Shown here piece after piece: positions 58,000 through 64,000 of a stretch of DNA of 64,000 bases (its first letter is position 1; every line of letters starts with the position of its first letter). Source of the stretch: Octopus vulgaris (Eukaryota); NCBI GenBank assembly GCA_951406725.2, contig OX597832.1, positions 39,618,001-39,682,000 of the forward strand. Reading direction: 5' to 3'. Both the position numbers and the translations under genes were made by a program. The notes under the pieces were generated by a model. It searched no databases, was not told where the DNA came from, and worked only from the letters and a program-made list of their open reading frames with translations.

Positions 58000-58202
58000 T
58001 AATGCAGGAGTCACTAAAAATAGCAGCCAAATCTCCCTCGAATCTCACTATGCCATCTTATAAATATAGATAGAAAATAAAAGAAAGGACACTTTCGATA
58101 ATGCAGGAGTCACTAAAAATAGCAACCAAATCTCCCTCGAATCTCACTATGCCATCTTATAAATATAGATAAAAAATAAAAGAAAAGACACTTTCGATAA
58201 TG
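58000..58202. repeat. 99-bp tandem duplication (2 copies)
   Basis: TAATGCAGGAGTCACTAAAAATAGC.. at 58000 and 58099. Confidence 0.95.
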
Positions 58203-58467
58203 TAGACTTATGTCTACATCATTATGTCTTATGATTCCATTCACATCTACGGCGTTCTATAGCAATATTAAATAGAACTCAAATACTTGGATGATGGTAT
58301 TTCATTGTATCGACCATGGTGGGATAAAGGCGCAGCTGAAGTCGGCAAGATTTGAACTCAGAATGTAATTATGCGTAATTAAATACTGCAGCCATATTGA
58401 TCGACGCTCTAACCCAATGGTTTTCGGCCATTTTTGATTTCTGTTTTTATTCTATTGAATCTCCATA

Positions 58468-59205
58468 GCGCATGCTCAATAGGATTACGGAATGTCATAA
58501 TAAACCTTAAAAATTATGGGGCTAGTATTGTTGCTCGAAAATATTGGAATCCCTATTTGTTGTACATTCTGTGGCATCCTAAAACGAAAAGAGACCCACG
58601 TGTGAATTACTATGTCACGATAATTATCAAACCGAGTTCTTAATATAGAAATTTGAAAATGTACAAAATATGGTCTTTAACTTCGAATAAGTAAATTCAT
58701 TATAATACATTTCATACCAAAGTATATAAAAAGAAACATATTTCACACTGTGTATAAATTACCATGGTAATAAAAAAAAATGCATTTATGAAGTCGAATC
58801 TATATAACGGCGGAAGTACGAAACCGAAATAATTATAGGCAAAGATAATTCGCATTATGATAATCATATTAATGGAATAGTTATGCAAATTAAACTAATT
58901 ATTACTAAATTATTTTTGATTGATTACTTGTAAATTTATAAAAATTATCATTTTTAGATTGAGTTATTGCGTAAAGATAAGATTAGTCTTTGTACAGAAG
59001 TGTTTTGTTAAAATTCAGTATAAGATAATTTAACTTAATTAATTTTTAATAAACTTAATTTCGATAAACTAAACAAATTTCTTGTGATAAAAGGATGCCA
59101 TAGAATGTACAACATATAGGGATTCCAATATTTTTGAGTAAAAATGCTAGTCCCATACCTTTTAAGGTTTATTATGACATTCTGTGACCCCTTTTGAGCG
59201 TGCGC
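58468..59205. mobile_element. Fold-back / long-TIR MITE-like element
   Basis: 58468-58580 is the diverged reverse complement of 59092-59205; AT-rich ~510-bp interior; no clear TSD. Confidence 0.65.
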
Positions 59206-60279
59206 AATTGTCAAGTTTAGTTTCGTACTTTTTAAGGCAACGCTTGTAGTATTTTATATATGTACCGTGTTTCTCCCAATGGTGTGGCAGCCTCTAATAA
59301 ATGACGCTCAAACGCCGACTAATTAAAATAGTGTGACAGTTACAATATAAAGAAAATATACTATAAAATCGATAATAATTGTCGTACTTGTTTATTATCA
59401 TACGGAAAGATACTGAACAGCAGCTAGTGTTATGAGCTGTATAATTTTAAAAATATTTATTAATCATTAGAAAATCATTAACAAAATCTAAAATGACATG
59501 CCATGCAACGAAGAGAAGGCGAAAATGACTATGACTAAATTCTCGAAGACAGCTACATGCCAAACTATTGCACATTGGTTGATTGAATTGAATATTAACC
59601 GATAAAATGCGATCACCACGCAAACGGCCACGCATCTTTGCACTTTCATTCGCAACCTAGGAATATATTGTCAGACACACAGTAGACACGACTATAATAT
59701 TTTGTTGTCGGTCAATGCGTGCCTCTGACAGATATCCTATCCCTCCTACAGTAGGCAGCACAAGGCCTGACATTTTGTGGGAGGAGGCTAGTCGACTACG
59801 GCGCCTCCAGTACTCGACTAATACTTCTTTTATTGACCCCGAAAGTCGAGCTCGGCGAAATATTTTACACATAGGTACAATCTGGATTTTATCATTTAAT
59901 TTGCACTCTCGTACATTCATATATACATACATACATACATACATGCATGCATACATACATACATACATACATACATGCATACATACATACATACATACAT
60001 ACATTCATATATACATACATACATACATGCATACATGCATACATACATACATACATACGTACATACATACATACATACATACATTCATATATGCATACAT
60101 ACATACATGCATCCCCTTCCCTCTGCTCCCTCACTCCCCCTCTCCCTCTTTCCTCCTTCCTCCCCCCTCCTCCCCTTCCTTCTCCCCATCCTCTCATCTT
60201 CCCCCTCTCCTCCCCTTCTCCCCCCTCTTCTCCTCACTACACCACACGACTTCACACATCACATCATATATGATGTGCC

Positions 60280-60620
60280 ATACTAATACATACACCAACT
60301 AATACATACTAATACGTACTAATACATACTAATACATACTAATACATACACCAACCCTATACATACACACGTCCAGACCCCTCATACGCACTTATACTCT
60401 CTCATACACACACACACACACACTTATACATACTAATACGTACTAATACATACTAATACATACTAATACATACACCAACCCCATACATACGCACGTCCAC
60501 ACCAATCCTACGCACTAATACTCTCTCATACACACACACACACACACACACACCCTTATACATACTAATACATACACCAACCCTATACATACACACGTCC
60601 AGACCCCTCCTACGCACTAT
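60280..60620. repeat. Low-complexity minisatellite, ~3 units of ~100-120 bp
   Basis: CATACTAATACATACACCAACCC.ATACATAC.CACGTCCA recurs three times. Confidence 0.88.
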
Positions 60621-60649
60621 TAGCTGGTCCTTCAACCATATTATCAACC

Positions 60650-60926
60650 CTATTATCTCCCCTTATTTCGCTCTCGCGTCTCATGTTTGATCTTTGACCT
60701 CTGGCCGAAATCAGATCACCATGTTGATTCGTTAGCTACTGCACGCATTTTTTTCTCTCCTTCTTTCTGTGTTTTTTTTTCTCTCTGTGTATCTTTCTGT
60801 TGAAGAGCGTAGGCTCGAAACGTTAAAGACTTGTTTTATTTATATTTCCTGAGCGCCATACTAATACAATTGTTCGTTTGTTTTCCACCTGCCTTCGTCT
60901 TTTGTCTATTTTCATAAAGCTTCCCG

Positions 60927-60928
<2 letters not shown>
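60650..60928 (+). mobile_element. Penelope-like pseudo-LTR fragment ending in (TACA)n
   Basis: Pyrimidine-rich, contains a minimal hammerhead and shares downstream motifs with 29970-30190. Confidence 0.7.
60792..60829 (+). ncRNA. Minimal type-I hammerhead ribozyme variant
   Basis: UCUUU-CUGUUGA-A-GAGC-GUAG-GCUC-GAA-ACGU-U-AAAGA: 5-bp stem I, 4-bp stem II, palindromic stem III, A6->U core change. Confidence 0.68.
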
Positions 60929-60957
<29 letters not shown>

Positions 60958-62128
60958 CATACATACATACATTCATATATGCATACATACATACATACAT
61001 ACATACATACATACATACATACATACATACATACATACATACATACATACATACACACTTTCCCATACAGGCATCTCCCACAAATTTAGGTCTGTATTAA
61101 ATATCAATATATAGGTAACTTCCTCTATATCTACAATCAAACCTTACAACTAATTAATGAGTGAAAATATCTAAACGGAGTGGATTTTATTCTTTCCTTT
61201 TTTTTTTGGTAATTATTTGTTTTTAGGTTTCCATTTATTCTTTTATTTATTTAGCTAGAATGTGTTGATCGAAACAGAAATGGACAATACGAACGATTTT
61301 TAATCTCTACATTTAAACGTAACCGAATCAATCAGAAACGTTTTTTTTTATTATCATTATCTTATCATTTTTGTTTTATTTTACTTTCTAGAGTTTTTCA
61401 AAGAATTCTCTCGTGAAATAACAATGGAATCGTGGTTTTTTGTTTTTCAAAAGACGTATATTTATCGGTTTCAAATTAAATGAAACAAAAACTGTTTGTA
61501 AATATATCAAATATATTTATGTCACTGTTTGCTTTTGGGTTGTTGTTTGTCTTTTTTTTTGTGTGTGTGTTCCTGAAGACAAACAGAATTTATTTAAACT
61601 GTTTGAATTTTTATTCAGCGATGTTGATTTTCTTTCTTTTACTATTTATTTACTTCAATATATTTGACAAGGAAACTTCATTGAAACTGGTGAGGTTTTA
61701 CTAAGAAAGGATGAAAAGAGCATCTGTTGTACCTACAATTACTCTAACACGTAGCCAGATTCCATTTCCGACCAATCATCAGGCGTTGCTTATAATCAGA
61801 AATGGTGATGAACATTTTCGTATTTTTAATTCAGAATGAGATCTGAATTCCGTTTATTATTTATATGGTTTTTAGCTTTTGGATTGATAAAATCATTACT
61901 TTACGGAGTTTTTTTCTGGTTCTTTGCCTTTCTGGGTCCATATCCTGCTGAGATCATTTTTGCCTTTCATCTCTTCCAGATCGAAAGGGATAAAGTACCA
62001 GTCATGTACTGGGGACACCTTATTTAACTTATCGCCTCACCCAAAATTTCTGGCCGTATGCTTATGTATGTTTGTCTGTATTGATGTATGTGAGTGAGTG
62101 AATGAGTGAATGAGTGGTAGACGGAAAT

Positions 62129-62168
<40 letters not shown>

Positions 62169-62221
62169 GTGTGTGGTTGTGTCTGTGTTTGTCTCCTACA
62201 CACACACACACACATATATAT

Positions 62222-62379
62222 ACAATTTCCGTCTACCAAATCAACTCACAAGGTTTTGGTCGGCCCGAGGCCCGAGGCTGTAGTAGAAGACAAATATCCG
62301 AGGTTCCACACATTGGGACTGAACCCAGAACCATGTGGTTGGTAAGCAAGTCTCTTACCCCCACAGCTACGCTTGCGGC
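62222..62379 (-). mobile_element. SINE family A, 5' half
   Basis: Matches family A; a short inverted copy of its central domain lies at 62115-62130. Confidence 0.85.
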
Positions 62380-62490
62380 TACTTATTTGTTTGCAACAAC
62401 GGTGTTGGTCAAGTGTTACATATTTGTGCAGCAAATTGTAAAATGTGTTTCAAATATATTTTGGAAGAATATGTTTTATTTAACATTACG

Positions 62491-62887
62491 TGGAGGCGCA
62501 ATGGCCCAGTGGTTAGGGCAGCGGACTCGCGGTCATAGGATCGCGGTTTCGATTCCCAGACCGGGCGTTGTGAGTGTTTATTGAGCGAAAACACCTAAAA
62601 GTTCCACGAGGTTCCGGCAGGGGATGGTGGTGATCCCTGCTGTACTCTTTCACCACAACTTTCTCTCTCACTCTTACTTCCTTTTCTCTGTTGTACCTGT
62701 ATTTCAAAGGGCCGGCCTTGTCACTCTCTGTGTCACGCTGAATATCCCCGAGAACTACGTTATGGGTTCACGTGTCTGTGGAGTGCTCAGCCACTCACAC
62801 GTTAATTTCACGAGCAGGCTGTTCCGTTGATCGGATCAACTGAAACCCTCATCGTCGTAACCGACGGAGTGCTTCCATCATCATCCA
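62491..62887 (+). mobile_element. SINE family B, full length, flanked by an 85-bp direct duplication
   Basis: Near-identical to the reverse complement of 34968-35350; flanks 62405-62489 and 62888-62972. Confidence 0.95.
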
Positions 62888-63302
62888 TTGGTCAAGTGTT
62901 ACATATTTGTGCAGCAAATTGTAAATTGTGTATCAAATATATTTTGGAAGAATATGTTTTATTTAACATTACATCCGCACTTTTTGGCAAGAAGCATAAA
63001 ACACAGAAAGTGCGCAAGTTCTGATGGACAGCAAATACCATAAATTAGATAACGTCGTAAATTTCTAAGGAAATATCAAAAAATGCAAGAGCAGAAATTT
63101 ATCTTTATCTATTTTAGTAACAAATAAAGTTTATTTCAGTCTGTTTGAATCTGTTTCTTTTACAAATTCTCAAAGAAGCAAACTTTATTATGGTTTATTC
63201 CAACGTAATAAATAATAATGTTCAAGGATTTATTACGATGTATTACTATACGTTATATTCATATAAAATATTATATTTCATGTATCGTACAAGGTACATG
63301 TA

Positions 63303-63704
63303 TTACTCTTTTACTCTTTTACTTGTTTCAGTCATTTGACTGCGGCCATGCTGGAGCACCGCTTTTAGTCGAGCAAATCGACCCCGGGACTTATTCTTTG
63401 TAAGCCCAGTCCTTATTCTATCGGTCTCTTTCGCCGAACCGCTAAGTGACGGGGATGTAAACACACCAGCATCGGTTGTCAAGCAATGCTAGGGGGACAA
63501 ACACAGACACACAAACATATACACACACACTTATATATATATATACATATATACGACGGGCTTCTTTCAGTTTCCGTCTACCAAATCCATTCACGGGGCT
63601 ATAGCAGAAGATACTTGCCCAAGATGCCTGCCACGCAGTGGGACTGAACCCGGAACCATGTGGTTGGTTAGCAAGCTACTTACCACACAGCCACTCCTGC
63701 GCCT
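63303..63704 (-). mobile_element. SINE family A, full length (small internal deletion)
   Basis: Matches 39866-40315. Confidence 0.95.
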
Positions 63705-64000
63705 ACAAAATAATAATGTTAAGAAAATATATTATAACGAAATTCTTAATTGAAATGCCATCAGATGACCATTTTGAAAGCGGACGCTAGTCGACTACGG
63801 CGCCTCAAGTACTCGACTAATACTTCTTTTATTGACCCCGAAAGTCGACCTCGGCGAAATATTTTACACATAGGTAAAATCTGGATTTTATCATTTAATT
63901 TGCACTCTCAGGATTTCGAGACTCGAAACAAATATGCCTTGTAAGCACCAGCTTACAATATAAACCTACTCTACGTTATTGAATATTTCGCCTTAAATTC

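Noticed and set aside
62491-62565. tRNA genes (also heads at 35350, 46671, 55380, 39866)
   Set aside because: A/B boxes continue into SINE bodies and tails, some with TSDs; these are SINE heads.

Overview
Eukaryotic, AT-rich, repeat-saturated DNA, almost certainly from an octopus (coleoid cephalopod) genome: kb-long (CA)n/(TA)n/(TACA)n/(GATA)n/(TTA)n/(GAT)n/(GAA)n microsatellites plus three abundant tRNA-derived SINE families. No intact host gene is recognisable, and nearly all listed ORFs are microsatellite artefacts. The real coding remnants are retroelement fragments: R4/Dong-type RLE LINEs in (TAA)n, a second RLE family, RTE and Tx1/L1 fragments, and Penelope-like RT/GIY-YIG relics. There is also a hAT MITE, a pogo-type MITE and a non-autonomous Helitron. 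Most notable: (1) a near-perfect 1.4-kb palindrome built from a 588-bp tandem unit carrying a hammerhead ribozyme, inserted in (TA)n; (2) several other minimal hammerheads with non-canonical cores (CCGANGA, CUGUUGA, GUU site); (3) a well-formed minus-strand CCAAT-TATA-Inr-Kozak promoter at ~16.9-17.0 kb; (4) SINE dimers sharing one exact junction; (5) a SINE flanked by an 85-bp direct duplication; (6) a young 49-bp minisatellite arising from an old 48-bp one. All calls come from reading the sequence by eye; no searches were run.
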